Source of the DNA: Eledone cirrhosa
Lineage: Eukaryota
Reading direction: 5' to 3'
NCBI GenBank assembly: GCA_964016885.1
Contig: OZ024741.1
Location: 170,872,001 to 170,936,000, forward strand
DNA length: 64,000 nt
The notes under the pieces were generated by a model that worked only from the letters and a program-made list of their open reading frames with translations, made no database searches and had not been told where the DNA came from. Numbering within the stretch: the first letter of the stretch is position 1; each line of letters opens with the position of its first letter. Of the stretch, positions 1 through 17,003 are shown piece by piece. The translations under genes were made by a program, and so were the position numbers.

Positions 1-2178
1 TTGATATACTAATGACTGCAAAATATACGATCTTAGGTCTGCTCCATCAAAGGTAACCTGCATTATAAAAGGAGGTAACATCATCAACAACGGCAGCAAT
101 AGTTCCAGCAGCGACAACAACAGCAGCTACAGCTATATGTGGCAGTCGACAACAAAATCAATAACAACAACATCAACACCAAGAAAGTAGAAATCAACGG
201 TGTCGACATGTTAACTGTACGACCGATATTTTGGATCAAACCCTCTGTTGTTGGTCTTATTTAGTTCCATCTCATCTCTCATCCCGATATAATTTATCTC
301 AGACAACATCCAAAGACTCATTTCTTTAAAGGAAAGGACACATTTGAAGTAATATGTGATACGTAGCGGCTATTGTGTGATTTAGCTGCTATTTCTAACT
401 ATTAAAATAACCGCCCGCATAGAGGCTCACTCTTCGCAACTGGTTTATTTTCATTAAGTATTCTGATTGCTGTGCTGTGTGTATCTAAAGAAATCAAGCA
501 GTGTTTATCTTGGAACAAGTTATGTAATGTATTATTTTCTTTAAGACGAGCTTACTCAAATTAGATTTGTTTTGTTACTTTTAGAATGTCCTGTGGCTAA
601 ATAGACTTCTCTTTGACTCCAACTATTTCCCTGGTTCCTTCCCACTAACTGTACAATAGTTAGTAGCATGAGTATAAAGAAACATTTATCATTCAGGTTT
701 GACAAAATGTTTTGTTAGCTTAGATTAGGTCGCATCAACTTAGTGCCGGTTGTCGTTTCATATAATGTGACCGGCATTAACGTATGTTTATGAATGATAC
801 TGGTTTGATTGATATGTATACACAACTAGAATCTTGCGGGAAGTAGCCTCCTTTATAATCGTAGTTTCATACTAGCCTGCCCACCTCATTCCCCACATGC
901 CTGCTATGTCTATATTATCGGGGATTTGATAAGATTCTTATGGATAGAAAGTTAAATACTTTGAAGCCTTTACAACGACAGCATGATACTTTGATATGTT
1001 GAAGTTGCTTGACCTTGGGATGCTATGTCAAATAATAATTATGTGGAATGATCTTCTTGCAGCATTACTAATGGTCAGTGACATCCAATTCAACTTTATT
1101 TGTTGCAACTAGATGCTTAAGCAACAGGCTGATCAATTACACCTTACAGTCATTCTGAGACAATCATTGGCAGATCATTAACAGATGGACCCATACATGA
1201 CTGGATCCATCAGCTAATCATTATGAGTTACTTAAGAATTCCACTCCCCAGCCCAATCATGATACCTGGGGTTAATTTTCACTACCCAGTGTTTTGGTAC
1301 TTAACATACACGCTCGTCAATTCAAACTTTGAAAGTGAAACTTCAGAGAAGAATATGTGTTGAATGCAGTGGGATAGACTGTACATGGAATTCAAAGTTC
1401 TAATCCACGTCACGTATTATGTAACTATGGCTCGATGTGTGAATGACGTCAGCGGTTTATGTGATGTGTGTGTAGAAATCTCAGCCTCCTGCATCTTTAA
1501 TCTTTAATGTGACACGCGCTTATTCGATCGAAGAGAGGAGGATGTCTCAACAGGCACAGCTAATATAGTTTCGAGTCTTCAGCCAGCAATAGATAGCAGC
1601 TACAGTTTCTTTTCAGTGTAAGAAATTATCATCAAGGTGGTCCGAACCATTATCATTTGTTGTGGTTTAAAATGTAGCCTAGAGGGTGCATCAAAATATT
1701 TTAGCTATATACGATCACCTATTTAGTTCAATTGGGTGCTTTGAGAAAAAGAAAAGAAAAATAAAGAGTGGAAGGAAAAATCAAAAAGATTACTGCCATT
1801 CTCTCTTTAGAATAAGACTTGATGAAATTTTCCTTCTCCAACGAAAAGGCAGTTCACACGCTATCAATACCGTATTGGCAAGGAAAAAAGATTGCAAAAC
1901 AAAGACTGTATGGGTTATATGTAACGGTTTTAACGACAGATCAGAATTCGAAACATCGAATATTCACCCATTTTAAATATTAATCAAAGAATAGATTATC
2001 CTGCGTCTTAGGCAGACATGTTAGCTATATAGTTCATTATGGATAGATTGAAATAAATTGTGAAACATGCAACTGTACTTTATTGATTCTTTTATCACAC
2101 CCGCACACATAACTAACTATACACACATATATAGCGTAAACAAAAATGTTGGTGCAGAAACGGAAGATAGGTTCCCAG

Positions 2179-2361
2179 TGCGGTGGATTGTCAGTAGAGG
2201 GTCGGCGCCATGCATTGCATCATAGTTACGAACCTTTACGGTCTGAGTTCAAATCCCGCTGAGGTTATCTTTGCCTTTCATCCTTACGAGGTCGATAAAA
2301 TAAAGTACCAGTAATGCACTGGGGTAATTGTTGGCCTTGTGCCAAAAGTAGAACCATTATT
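2179..2361 (+). mobile_element. tRNA-derived SINE (octopus OR-like), copy 1 of a tandem pair
   Basis: B-box-like GAGTTCAAATCCC, conserved core GCCTTTCATCCTTACGxGGTCGATAAAATAAAGTACCAG and an (ATT)n tail; about 10 copies in the window. Confidence 0.85.
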
Positions 2362-2556
2362 AGGGCGTTGGATTGGTAGTATCCGTAGAGAGTCGGACAC
2401 CATAATTTGCAGCATAGAATTACGACCCTTTACGGTCTGAGTTCAAATCCCGCCGAGGTTAACTTTGCCTTTCATCCTTACGGGGTCGATAAAATAAAGT
2501 ACCAGTAATGCCATGGCGTAACTGCTGGCTTTGTGCTAAAAATAGAAACAATTATT
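2362..2556 (+). mobile_element. tRNA-derived SINE, copy 2 of the tandem pair
   Basis: Same head (GGCGxTGGATTGGxAGTATC), B-box, core and ATT tail. Confidence 0.85.
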
Positions 2557-2754
2557 GTAGAGTATGATCATGTTACGAACGTTACTGCTGTGTGTCGGTA
2601 CTTAGAGTTTCAAGTCCTGCAAGTTTCTTCAAGCACAGTCCATAACATATTACATGCACACCCACTCACACAAACACACACACACTTACACACACAGACA
2701 CACACTCACATACATACATACACACACATGCATACATACATGCATACATACATA

Positions 2755-3169
2755 CATGGTGGCTGCCAACTCGTTTTCGAGTACGGCCACTACTTTATAT
2801 CGATGTAGGAGAATCCCTACTGATGCGCTGAACGAGTGTGACCTTTTAGTCCAGCCAGTGACTTGAAAACTCTGGTACAAACACTACACTTGTGACAATC
2901 ATTGACACATAGTGCTGGGCCCTTGGTACCATGTGACGACAAGTGCAGAGAGGTCTCCAGATATAAAGCAATGCCTGTGCCGTGAAGCTTTTATAGTGAG
3001 CAAAGGCACTGCACAAAGCCAGTCCCACTCTCTTAACCAAGATGATATTTACCAAAAAGAAGAACAAGTCAACATCATTGGATACCATCAGGGTTGCAGG
3101 TGTTATATCAGAATTTTCCTTCTCCTAGAATTCTGCCTTGACAAAGGCTTTGGGGGGGTCATCTCTCCC
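2755..3169 (-). mobile_element. Non-autonomous bipartite RTE-like retroelement
   Basis: Minus strand ends GGCAGCCACC(ATGT)n; RTE 5'UTR-like segment CTAGGAGAAGGAAAATTCTGAT; flanked by (TACA)n; homologous to copies at 7460, 24345, 25335 and 29278. Confidence 0.6.
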
Positions 3170-4036
3170 ATACATACATACATACATACATACATACATA
3201 CATACATACATACATGTATACATACATACACATATATACATGCATACATATATACATACATGCACACATATCTCTCTCAAATAGCCACATTTTATTACAT
3301 AGACCTGAGGCGCCATATATTTGTTCTTAACTTCACCTTTATCTATAACTGTCAAGCTGATAATATTAATATTAAAGAAATAAGCTGCCTGTCTGTTTTC
3401 TTACCTAAGCCATGGCCATATCTTCACCCTACTCTGTACCTGCGAAGCTGATACTAATAATACTAAATCAATGTATTGCCCGTCTGTTTTCTTACCTTAG
3501 CCCCTCCCATAGCTTATACTATCTCTTTTGGTCTATAGATTAATTACTTCTCAAAAAGGACAAATATAGTTTATGTAGAACCAAATATTGTTGAATGTTC
3601 ATGGGTCAACTCATTGGTCCTCTCTCTTTACTTTCGACACTTTTACATTATCGAAGAATTACACTGTTGTCTGAGGAATTGTTAAGTCGTGAAGTCTAAC
3701 GAATTGCGAGTATGATTGGAAATATCAATATCTCTAAACAGCATCGTAGACTACGACGTAAATACATAAAAGAAACACGTGGAAACATACATAATTAAAT
3801 ATCTTTTTCTGATCCCTCCTCGTATGGTTTTTGTAATACATCTACTTATTCGTACACCGTGAATTATTGGAACCTGAAAAATACCCATGGATTAACACCT
3901 GGAATATTATCCCGCAGGACTGTATTATACATGTTCAGCGGTCTATTCGGTAAGATGCTGTTTCATTAATAGTTGCAGAATCACTCTACAATTTGATTTC
4001 ACCAACAGAAGTGAAAACTCCCTATTTACTTGTATA

Positions 4037-5239
4037 CTAGCTGAGGTACCCAGCGTTGCTAGGGTTTAAGTAATACAATTGTTTTTTGCAGAAATAACAC
4101 TTGATGAAGCTCTCGGTTGAATTAAGTCTTATAGGGAAAAACGGTCATCGTCGGGTATGTCCACTCCACGGCCAACTGGTTAGTACGACCCGCACAGGCC
4201 TTCTACCCGCCCCGTAAGATGTTCTATTCGGTTAAATATACACATCTTAGCAGCAAAGATGACAGCCTAGGGTCTGTAGGTAATCTTTAAATATCCTTAT
4301 GGCCCGCGTGTTTAACTGTGGTCTGTTGAACATTTCTTTTCGATTCGCAAAGCGTTCCGCCCGGTATACCTTTTAGGAAAATATACGCACATTACCCAAC
4401 CAGAGCCCATAAATCACATTTGTCTGGGTAAAAATTGGCCCGTAGAAGGCAAATTCAATTGTTATTCATCCCATTGTTGTACAGTCATCCGTCCCGCTGG
4501 AGAAAACCATCCACTGCACATAAGTGGTGTATCTATGATGTTTGAAAGATGTTTCTTGAAAACATACACGTCCACACCATGCAGATCTCTCAAATTTCTT
4601 GACTACTTGTTGAAGTGTTGAGGGCCTTTGAACCTCAGGATATTGCACTATCTGATCCTAATTCTAGATGTGAAAGACGGGACCTTTGACGTCCTATTCG
4701 GGAGTTGGTCCAGCTCACTATTTTCCATATGTATATCACTGCGTATCTCTCCCGTCTTCGTTCCAAGGAGTAGCGTTTCAGCTCTTTTAGCCTCTCTCGG
4801 TAGCTCATCTCCTTCATTTTGGCAATCCTCTTGGTGTAGCTTCGTTGAATTGCCTAAAGTTCAATGGTTAGTTTGATACTATGGGGTGACTGCAGCTGGA
4901 AGCAGTAGTCCAGGTGGTTTAGGACAAATGTCCTCCATAGTATCAACATGGTCGCTAGGTCTCTTGTCCGGAAAGTCCTCAAGATCCAGCCAGATTAAGA
5001 AAAACATTCATGGTTGTACGTAGAGCACCGTTTGATGCGAATACGTGATTCTTTTATTTTGCGAACCGAATCTATATGACTAGCTCTAAGGTTCCAGTGC
5101 TTGGATTAAGGAGCCTAGAAAATGAACGAATTCCTGTTATTTTCATTTTCACATGCATATCTCTTAATAAAAATCGTTTTTGCGGAAATTCAATCTTCTG
5201 TGGGTAAATTATTAACTTCATTTAGAACTGCTACGTAGA
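4037..5239 (-). mobile_element. Non-autonomous Helitron-like element
   Basis: Minus-strand 3' end has hairpin CCCTAGC-AAC-GCTGGG then CTAG|T at 4040-4037; candidate A|TC 5' end at 5239 is less certain. Confidence 0.5.
4625..4995 (-). mobile_element. CR1-group LINE ORF2 C-terminal fragment, decayed
   Basis: Translates as WILRTFRTRD...NHLDYC and SYRERLKELKRYSLERRRERYAVIYIWKI. Confidence 0.75.
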
Positions 5240-5292
5240 TAATACTTTGTACTTAATGAAAAGTAAAGGAAATAAAATCTGCACCAAACATT

Positions 5293-5358
<66 letters not shown>

Positions 5359-6678
5359 ATGTAGAAAGGATAACACACTAGAGAGAGAGATCGTGTGCGA
5401 TCAATAAACAGGGAAACCACCAGTGTATAGAATCTATAAACTACGGAAGGTAAGGTAGACACATAATAATTAAAATTATAAATCAAAATATACGCACCTC
5501 TATAACTATATATTACACATGTACAAATCCAAAGAGATTTGTTTCACCAAAAAATTATTGACTGAAATGGAAACACCTATGGGTCATCAGCGTGTGTTAG
5601 GTTGATACATTCCAGACAACTCTAAGAAAATATAGGACAACAGTCCTGCAATACGTGGTAGAGAGAGGTGACAGTGTGAATAGGACTGTGAACCAGCGGT
5701 ATGTGAGGGACGAGCTGATAGAAATGGCAACCCAAAACAACTCAAAGAAACGTGCTCAACCAAACAGAGAGAGAAGAGAGACTGTCGGATAGAATGTATT
5801 GTACTGTTTATACCACGAAAGTCAAACAGAAGAAAAGAAAGGGAAAAGGCAAGAATAAGAAAGTAAAATAATGTGTTAAATGTGTGTGTGTATATATATT
5901 TATATGATCTCGTTTTAATCTCGAATGCATATAGCTGAAAAGGAACAAAATCGTTTTGTATATAGAGCCTAAAGGTGGGCGCGTTTGCGTGCGTGTCTGT
6001 GTTCGTCGAAGCTATGGGTATATGTTTGTGTATAAAAGGGTGTGTGTATGTGTTAGTTGAGGTAAGTGTGTGTTTGTTGTTGGTCTGTATACACTGTAAG
6101 AGTGTGTGTTTCTGACCCTGAGAGAGACATAGGGACCTAGGGGGTGAATGTATGCGTGCCTGTGTGACAACGGACGAGGTATGACTGACAGTGGCTAGGT
6201 ATAGAGGAGTAAGCACCAGCATATGTGTGCGAAATTAAAGAAATTGGGGAAGGGAATTGAGGCCATTCAATAAACTGGACCCCAGGCGAAAGATCAGACC
6301 CTGCTCTCTCATGGTGCACGAGACAAGTGATCCGTGAGGTAAAAGGAAACCAAATGCTAAAGCTAGATGGGAGGAGTGGCCAGGTGAACGGAGATGAAGA
6401 TCGACGAGGGGATCCATGTCGAGTTGTTTTTCTCTCAAGTGTTTAGAGATACGGCCTACCTGTTTGTTCGATCAAAATGGACCCGCAAAGGGAACACCGT
6501 AGGGCATAGGATATAGACTACTTGTGTGGATGTGCAAATGTAGGTGTAGTGGATAAAGAATGAACCGTTAGGAAATGGACAGGTGTTACATATGAATATA
6601 TTTACATGCGTGCTTGCAAACACAAACACACACACACACATATACACATATATATTCGCGTAGGAAAATGAAAAGACT

Positions 6679-7324
6679 CGGCGTAAGGAAGCTGTTAAAA
6701 CAGCAAAATGCCGTCGAAACAGCCTTAGGTAAAACATTACCTCGGAGGACAGAAATCAGCGGCTTGAAGGGATTTGACTAGAAGAATTGATAGGAAAGCA
6801 GAAACAGAATGGATGCGAAGCTTAACAAAAACATTAAACTACACTCATCAGATTTCAGACCACATGCAGTTTCAATGATTTAACTGAAATAACTGCAAAG
6901 AATAGGTGGTTAGTAACAACGGAGAAACAGATATCTCTGTTAGTAAAATGTTTGTGCTCGGACATGTAAGAGAGTGAGAGAAAAATGGATTGCGTCCATT
7001 CGACATCAAGTCGTCGCAAGAAAAGAAGAACAATTGCACTGTAAACGGAAGAGGCCTTTAGAAGGGAGAGGGGAAGAGAGAAAGGCAAATGTGAGAGGGA
7101 GGCCGAGAATGAAAAGGAGCAGTAAGAGAGAGGGAAAAGAAAAGGACCTGTAAGAGAAACACGAGTGCATTAGAATTCCAAGGTAAATGGAAAAACTCGG
7201 CGTAAGTAAGCACGAATTCTTCGAGTCAACTCACTTCCAGCCGCTGATTTCTGTCCTCCCATGTAATATTTTACTCAACGCCGTCTCGACGGCATTTTTC
7301 TGCTTTAACAGCTTCCTTACGCTG
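6679..7324. repeat. Inverted repeat with ~110 bp arms (6679-6788 / 7214-7324)
   Basis: GGAGGACAGAAATCAGCGGCT vs AGCCGCTGATTTCTGTCCTCC; GCGTAAGGAAGCTGTTAAA vs TTTAACAGCTTCCTTACGC. Confidence 0.75.
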
Positions 7325-7403
7325 GCTTTTACCTACACTCGTGTTTCAAAACTCGATATTCGAGTTAATTTTTACACACACACACATATACATATGCACA
7401 CAT

Positions 7404-7459
<56 letters not shown>

Positions 7460-7812
7460 CATGATGGCTGCCCCCTCGGTATCGAGTATGGCCATTTCAC
7501 GATATACCATATTAATAATTATTAATTAATTCTATCGTGAAATGCCTGTGCGTGAAGATATTTTTTAAAGTGAGGAAAGACTGTGCACTGAGCCAATCCC
7601 ACTCTCTGGGCGACAGTAGCTATAAACCGAAAAGAAGAAAAGATCAACATCACCGGTAACTACTGAGCCGCAGGTTTTATATCGGAGTTATCCCTGTTTC
7701 CTGAGTTGCCTTCTCCTAGAAGAATGCCCTGACAAAGGCTAGGGGTCCTTCACTCGCAGTGGTTTAAACACGCGATCGGGTGGCGAGCCCGATTATTTCT
7801 ATGTCCCCGCGC
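7460..7812 (-). mobile_element. Bipartite RTE-like non-autonomous element
   Basis: Homologous to the 2755 and 25335 copies; internal hairpin at about 7495-7543. Confidence 0.6.
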
Positions 7813-8129
7813 ATATACATACACATGCACCCATGTATATACATATATACATACATATGTACATGTGGAAATACATATTTACACACTTTTGGATGGCCGT
7901 TGACTCTTATGAGTTCTTCCACCCTTTGTCAGGTTTTGTTTTTTGTACTGCAGTGTGTCCAAAATCACCCTCCTCACCAAGTAAACTTGGTGGGGTTGCC
8001 GGTTTAGTCGCCGACGACCCGACCACGAGACAGGTTGTACTGGGTTACCCGTTACCAGTAGCATTCAAGAGTGACCCGACATAACATATATATACATACT
8101 TACATACATGCATACACAGACATAGACAC

Positions 8130-8227
<98 letters not shown>

Positions 8228-8329
8228 TTATTTATTTATGTATATATATAGATAGATATTTATTAAAATAACAGATCAAATTTTAAGCAAAGAATCGCTG
8301 CTTTCGCCCTTATCGGGATCTTCGGTGGT

Positions 8330-9340
8330 TTGTACCGTGATGATGGTCTTTTGACCATGACTAAGTGCAGCCCTCGTGCTTGCGACAGGTTCCGAAAAGA
8401 ACTCACAGCCTTCTTTAAAGGCTTCAACCTCTCTATACAGGTTGAGGCCAACCTCTCGGTCGTTAATTACCTCGACGTTACCCTCAATTTATCGAATGGC
8501 TTGTATAGAAAACCGTATAGAAAGCCGAATGATACGCTTAATTACATAAGTAAGCATTCCAACCATCATGCAAGCATAAGCAAGAACCTGGTAAGAAACG
8601 CTTCGTTGAGGCTTTCCCGTCTGTCTACTAACGAGCATATTTTCAACGTCCATTCCTCATATTACAATCAAGCTCTTGCTCGGAGTGGATTTGTCGATAA
8701 GGTAGCATATAAAGAGTACGAGAATAGACCTAGAAGAAATAGATCCCGACGCATAATATTGTATAACCCACCATATAATATGGAGGTGGCCACACCATTA
8801 GCTAAGATCTTTCTATCCCTTATTACGAAGCATTTTCCTCCTACACATAAATATAGTAAATATTTTATTAGAAATACTATTAAAATTTCTTACTCTACGA
8901 CTCCTAACCTTGCACATAACATCACAGCTTCAAATTTAGCTAAACTACCTAGCCGTAGGAACACATGCAACCCTGTAGTTAGTACTAACTGTAATTGTAG
9001 GAATCGGGTTGATCGCCCCCTAACAGGGAAATGCTTCTCTAGTAACATTATCTACAAATGTAAGGTTGAAACACCCACGTCCCGTAGGGCCTACATAGGG
9101 TTAACCGTCAATAGATTCAAGCAGCGTCTTTACATGCATACACATTCTTTTCGTTACCCTCTAAGAAGGAATATGACGTCACTTTCAGTTTATATCTGGA
9201 GTCTAAAAGACAACCACACCCAATATAAGTTACACTGGGAGATCCTAGCTAGGGCTAGATCGTATAACGGAAATAAAAGACCATGTGACCTCTGCGAGCT
9301 GAGGCCCTGGAAATACTCTACACAACAGAGCACATCTTAA
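8330..9340 (+). pseudogene. PLE reverse transcriptase C-terminus plus GIY-YIG endonuclease (frameshift near the end)
   Basis: LYRDD, NYLDVTL, CNCR..CP..GKC linker, IIYKC...AYIG, CDLC. Confidence 0.9.
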
Positions 9341-10350
9341 ACAAAAAATATGAGGCAATTTCGGCTTGTAAACATAAATTGCACAACACTTTCCTGTATT
9401 ACAGCCCCACATTAAACCCTAACGGATAGTACGATCTATACGCGGATATTTTACGTCGTGATGTGGTATCTAAGTATATGTTATGTTTATACCATTACTT
9501 ATTTGCATAGGTAAGTATATATTACCTGTATGTTTTGTGAAGGTACGTATACTTTCTCGTACGTATATTTGATTGTATATGTTATGGAGTATTTTTTATA
9601 TATACTGCTACACATGCTTTTGGTTATGTGTATACGTGAGTTTTGCGTCTGTGTGAGTATGCGGGTTCGTACGTATGTAGGGTGTGTGTATATGTGTACT
9701 TCGTGTTTTGGTTGAATTACGTCTCCGAACATATGTGTATTTACATGTAGGTATGTGTGTGCGCTTGTTATATACGTATTTATTTATATACGTTTATTTA
9801 ATTATTTGTATATACGCACACACACACACACATATTTATATGTGCGTGTATTTGTATACCTATGGCGAGTGTTTTCGCGTATGCTTGTGTATGTACGTAT
9901 TTGGATGCGTGTATGTATTTATTTAATTTCAATTACCTCTTTATTTTACTTACTTATTCTTAACTCTGAAGCGGAGAATCATTCGGTTTCCTAGTTAGAA
10001 TTTTAGTCTACGACTTCAGTTATACCATTTACGTGGTTTTGTCTTTGCGTGCAATTGTTCTCCACGCTCCACATATGACGTATTATCTTCGTTTTTTCCG
10101 TTCATTGCCAGAGAACGTCTGTATGAACCACTTAAGAGAATATTAGTCTACGACTTCTTTTATACCATAAACGTGGTTATGTCTTTGCGTGTAATTGGTT
10201 TCACTGCTCCAAATAATGACGTATTATATTCGTTTTTTCCCGTTCTTTGCCAGGGAACGTTTCCACGAACCAAAGTATCGTCTTCCTGTCTTCCTCCGGT
10301 TGCAACGTTTTTTGAAATATTCACTTCTGCGTTTACAGATTGACTTTGTT

Positions 10351-10401
10351 AGTTTCAGAAGATCCCGTTAAGGGTGAAAGCAGCGATTCTTTGCTTAAAC
10401 T
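10351..10401 (+). ncRNA. Type I hammerhead ribozyme, variant core CAGAAGA
   Basis: AGUUU-CAGAAGA-UCCC GUUAA GGGU-GAA-AGCA...UGCU-U-AAACU; stems I, II and III pair. Confidence 0.6.
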
Positions 10402-10614
10402 TTAATCTGTTATTTTAATAAATATTTGCTCTACGGTTCTTATATATTTGATATATATTTATCATTATCGTGCCCTCTTTGGATTTTAGTCTTCAAATTT
10501 ATTATTATTACTATATATATATATATATATATATAAATGTATGTATAATTATTATTATAAGTTAGCGGGTGTAAGATTGGCAGAATTGTTAAAGCCCCGG
10601 AGAAGCAGCTTTTA

Positions 10615-10770
10615 TCCCAATGCATTACTGGTAATTTATTTGATCGACCCCGTAAGGATGAAAGGCAAAGTTAACCTTGGCGGGATTTGAACTCAAACCA
10701 TAAAGGGCCGTTACTCTTTGCTGCAAACCATGGCGTACGACCCTCTACAGATACTGCCAATCCACCACCC
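10615..10770 (-). mobile_element. tRNA-derived SINE
   Basis: Reverse complement of the SINE head and core. Confidence 0.85.
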
Positions 10771-11261
10771 TTTATAGTATATAATATAAATAATAAGTAT
10801 CAATTTTACCCAAACATTTCCTACTCTTGTGTCATAGAAAGATATGTAACTTCAAGATAAATATGACCTGCGCATAAACGTTAACCTTTGCGATAGCATT
10901 CATCAGGTTTCTTTGTATTGAATTAACAATGAAATAATTAAGACGAAATTATATATCCTCACAAAATATTCAAATATTGAAGACGCATCCGTTAGCCGGT
11001 CGAATACTTAGCAAATATTTGTCTAAATTCGGAGATATTTCGGAAAATATGAAGGATTCCATGTCATAAGGATATTTAAGGGACATAACATATGCACGTT
11101 ATCATTTATGCAAATGTTTACCTATTTTCTGCTGGCACTCTCTTTTTTATGCATCCCACTCACTACATCTCTATCCCTCCTACTCTACACATCTCTACTG
11201 TTCTTCTCACCCTATTTCTAAAACTTCTCTCTTTGAACCTGTCTCATATACTCTCCCTCAT

Positions 11262-11328
<67 letters not shown>

Positions 11329-11925
11329 ATGATTCTCACTCTCTCTCTCTCTCTTTCTTACTCTATGACATACTTTTACTGTTTTCTGACTTCTCTAAAA
11401 ATATCGATATTTCACATTGATAATATAGCAGAAATTTAAAAATCGATTACAACAGTTTCATAACACACAATATATATATTTTTTTTACTTCAGATAAATT
11501 CATTTACTGAAGGCAGCCATATTTGAACATACTTATTTCTTTTTCTCTGCCGTCTGCTTCAATCATTTATTCTTGCAGTTGGGCATATTACTGTGGATAT
11601 TTTTTTCATAACATTTTTTTCATTTCGGATTTCATTAAAATTTCTTCCATTTGTTGTTGAGACTTTTCAGTCAATCTTTTATATTGTATATAAACGTATT
11701 TTTTCACACATTGCCTGCGGCAAAACTTTCAGCCAATTGCATGCATATTTTATATCTATTGCATTAATAATTAGTATTTTGTATCACATATATTATCTTT
11801 ACATTTTGGGAACTGTTTAGTTTGTTTTTGTATTAACTGTTTCAGAGTTCTTCAGTAACTGTATATGACTATGTGTGTTTGTGTATTTAAACATATATAT
11901 ATATAAACACACACACACACATACC

Positions 11926-12017
<92 letters not shown>

Positions 12018-12257
12018 CACGTATATATGTGTATACATATATACACACACACACAAATATATATATATATATATATATGCAAGTGAGTGGCATCGAGTTC
12101 TTTGCAGAATTATTAGATATTCTAGTTCTAAATTATATATAACTATCTCATATGTACATGACGGCAGTCTGATGACTGAAATAAGTAAATGCATAATAAC
12201 TGGCCGTATATATATGCATGTGTGCTTGTTTCTATATATATAAGTACGTATGTAGTA

Positions 12258-12261
12258 GTTA

Positions 12262-12318
<57 letters not shown>
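12258..12318. repeat. (TAG)n microsatellite
   Basis: Read directly from sequence. Confidence 0.95.
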
Positions 12319-12495
12319 GAGGAGGATGAGGAGGAGTAACGTTATTAGTTTTGCATGCACAAAGTAATGCGTAGTTATAATTTATAGGAAATAATTATTA
12401 GAAAGTGAATAACAACTTACTTAAATAAAACAAGCAGTCCCACTATTTACTAGAATGCTCAGACTTTATGACTCCCTCTCTCTCTCATTCTCTCT

Positions 12496-12573
<78 letters not shown>

Positions 12574-12574
12574 T

Positions 12575-15561
<2,987 letters not shown>

Positions 15562-15618
15562 TAAAAAAATAATGAATAAAACAATGAAACAGTTCCTTAT
15601 ATTAAACAAAAAAAGTTC

Positions 15619-15761
15619 ATTATTTAACGATCGTTTCTAGGATATATATGTGTTAGAATTGGCATGCATATTCAACAGATCTATGTACAAAATTATACAA
15701 AATTATACAAACTATCAAGATTAAATATACATACCAGACACACATATATGCCGTCTTCAGA

Positions 15762-15767
<6 letters not shown>
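15619..15767 (-). ncRNA. Type I hammerhead ribozyme with extended stem II
   Basis: AUUAUUU-CUGAAGA-(~115 nt)-GAAAC-GAUC-GUU-AAAUAAU; 7-bp stem I and palindromic GAUC loop. Confidence 0.65.
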
Positions 15768-15814
<47 letters not shown>

Positions 15815-15932
15815 AAGCGTGAAGAATAACATGGTCAACTGTAAAAGAAGGGTTTTATTTACAGTATTAACCATTGTTACATTGATTAAGTTGTCTTAAA
15901 ATTGTTAATCACTTGAAGTTGTTTCACTCAAT

Positions 15933-16185
15933 TATGCTTTTTGCGTGTAGGGATATATACTTTGTTATTATTATACTCCTCTTGGTCGAGATAAAATTTG
16001 GTTGTTTTGACTGCTGCTATTTATAGTGGTAGTAGACTGACCTCCCTGCCTCTGCTTCCATCTTTACACACGGCACTGGACAGAATTGCTTCCACATCAT
16101 TCATTCTCATATCGGGAACAATTTTGAATAGCGCCAGTTCGTAATTTGAACTCGGCAATTTTATATTCTCCGAGTGAAAACCTTG

Positions 16186-16190
<5 letters not shown>
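15933..16190 (+). repeat. Copy of the family J unit lacking the HHR segment
   Basis: Homologous to 58078-58322, joined directly to AAACCTTGATTA(TA)n. Confidence 0.75.
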
Positions 16191-16225
<35 letters not shown>

Positions 16226-16267
16226 AATTGGTGCTCTGAAATAGCGATATATATATGAATGTATATA

Positions 16268-16729
16268 TAGTGTATTTTGCAATCCAATGTATGCTTAATT
16301 AAAAGCATTTTGAAGACCATACGCTATTGTTTTAAAACAGTGACAATGTCACTTATTTAAATTTTCAGCAAACAGGGGAGATAAACTGACAGAGCTCTGT
16401 TTCGTACTTGTTGGTACATATCAAAGTTCACCCCACCTCCTGCCTGCTGAAAAAAATGTGTGTTGGATTCTTATAGAATTCCAGTAATAATCAGGAATTG
16501 ATTATAGAGAGCGGTCGTCGATCCAGCAGAATGGAATTCTATAAGAATCCAACACACATAATTTTCAGCAGACAGGAGGGGTAAGTACCAAAAAGGGCGA
16601 AACAGAGCTCTGTCAGTTTATCTCCACTATTTGCTGAAAATTTAAATAAGTGACATTGTCATTATTTTAAAACAATGGCGTATGATCTTCAAAATGGTTT
16701 TAATTAAGCATACAGTGTATTGCAAAATA

Positions 16730-16733
<4 letters not shown>
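16268..16733. mobile_element. Palindromic cassette (family C) with degenerate HHR at 16385-16427 (-)
   Basis: Arms of about 200 bp; ACU-UUGAUAU-GUAC CAACAA GUAC-GAAAC-AGAGCUCU-GUC-AGU; relative at about 17010-17180. Confidence 0.7.
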
Positions 16734-16772
<39 letters not shown>

Positions 16773-16919
16773 GTCATATAAAAATGAATTCTACAGGCCT
16801 AGAATTCTTTTATTCGTATGACACCATCAGCAAAATATTAGTAGAAATCATTTCTATATACCATAAAAAATGATTACACTCTACCAATGTATTGGGTACC
16901 TTCTTTAACACAAATCGGG

Positions 16920-17003
<84 letters not shown>

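Larger units (their letters stand above)
8256..10510 (+). mobile_element. PLE1: 5'-truncated Penelope-like element (Naiad-like) with inverted pLTR at its 5' end
   Basis: RT-GIY-YIG ORF; 8256-8325 is the reverse complement of about 10356-10427; (TA)n on both sides. Confidence 0.9.

Noticed and set aside
12163-12205. Possible HHR (CUGAUGA-CUGAAAUAAG-UAAAUGCAUA)
   Set aside because: No correctly placed GAAA after a stem II, and stem I is poor; too degenerate to call.
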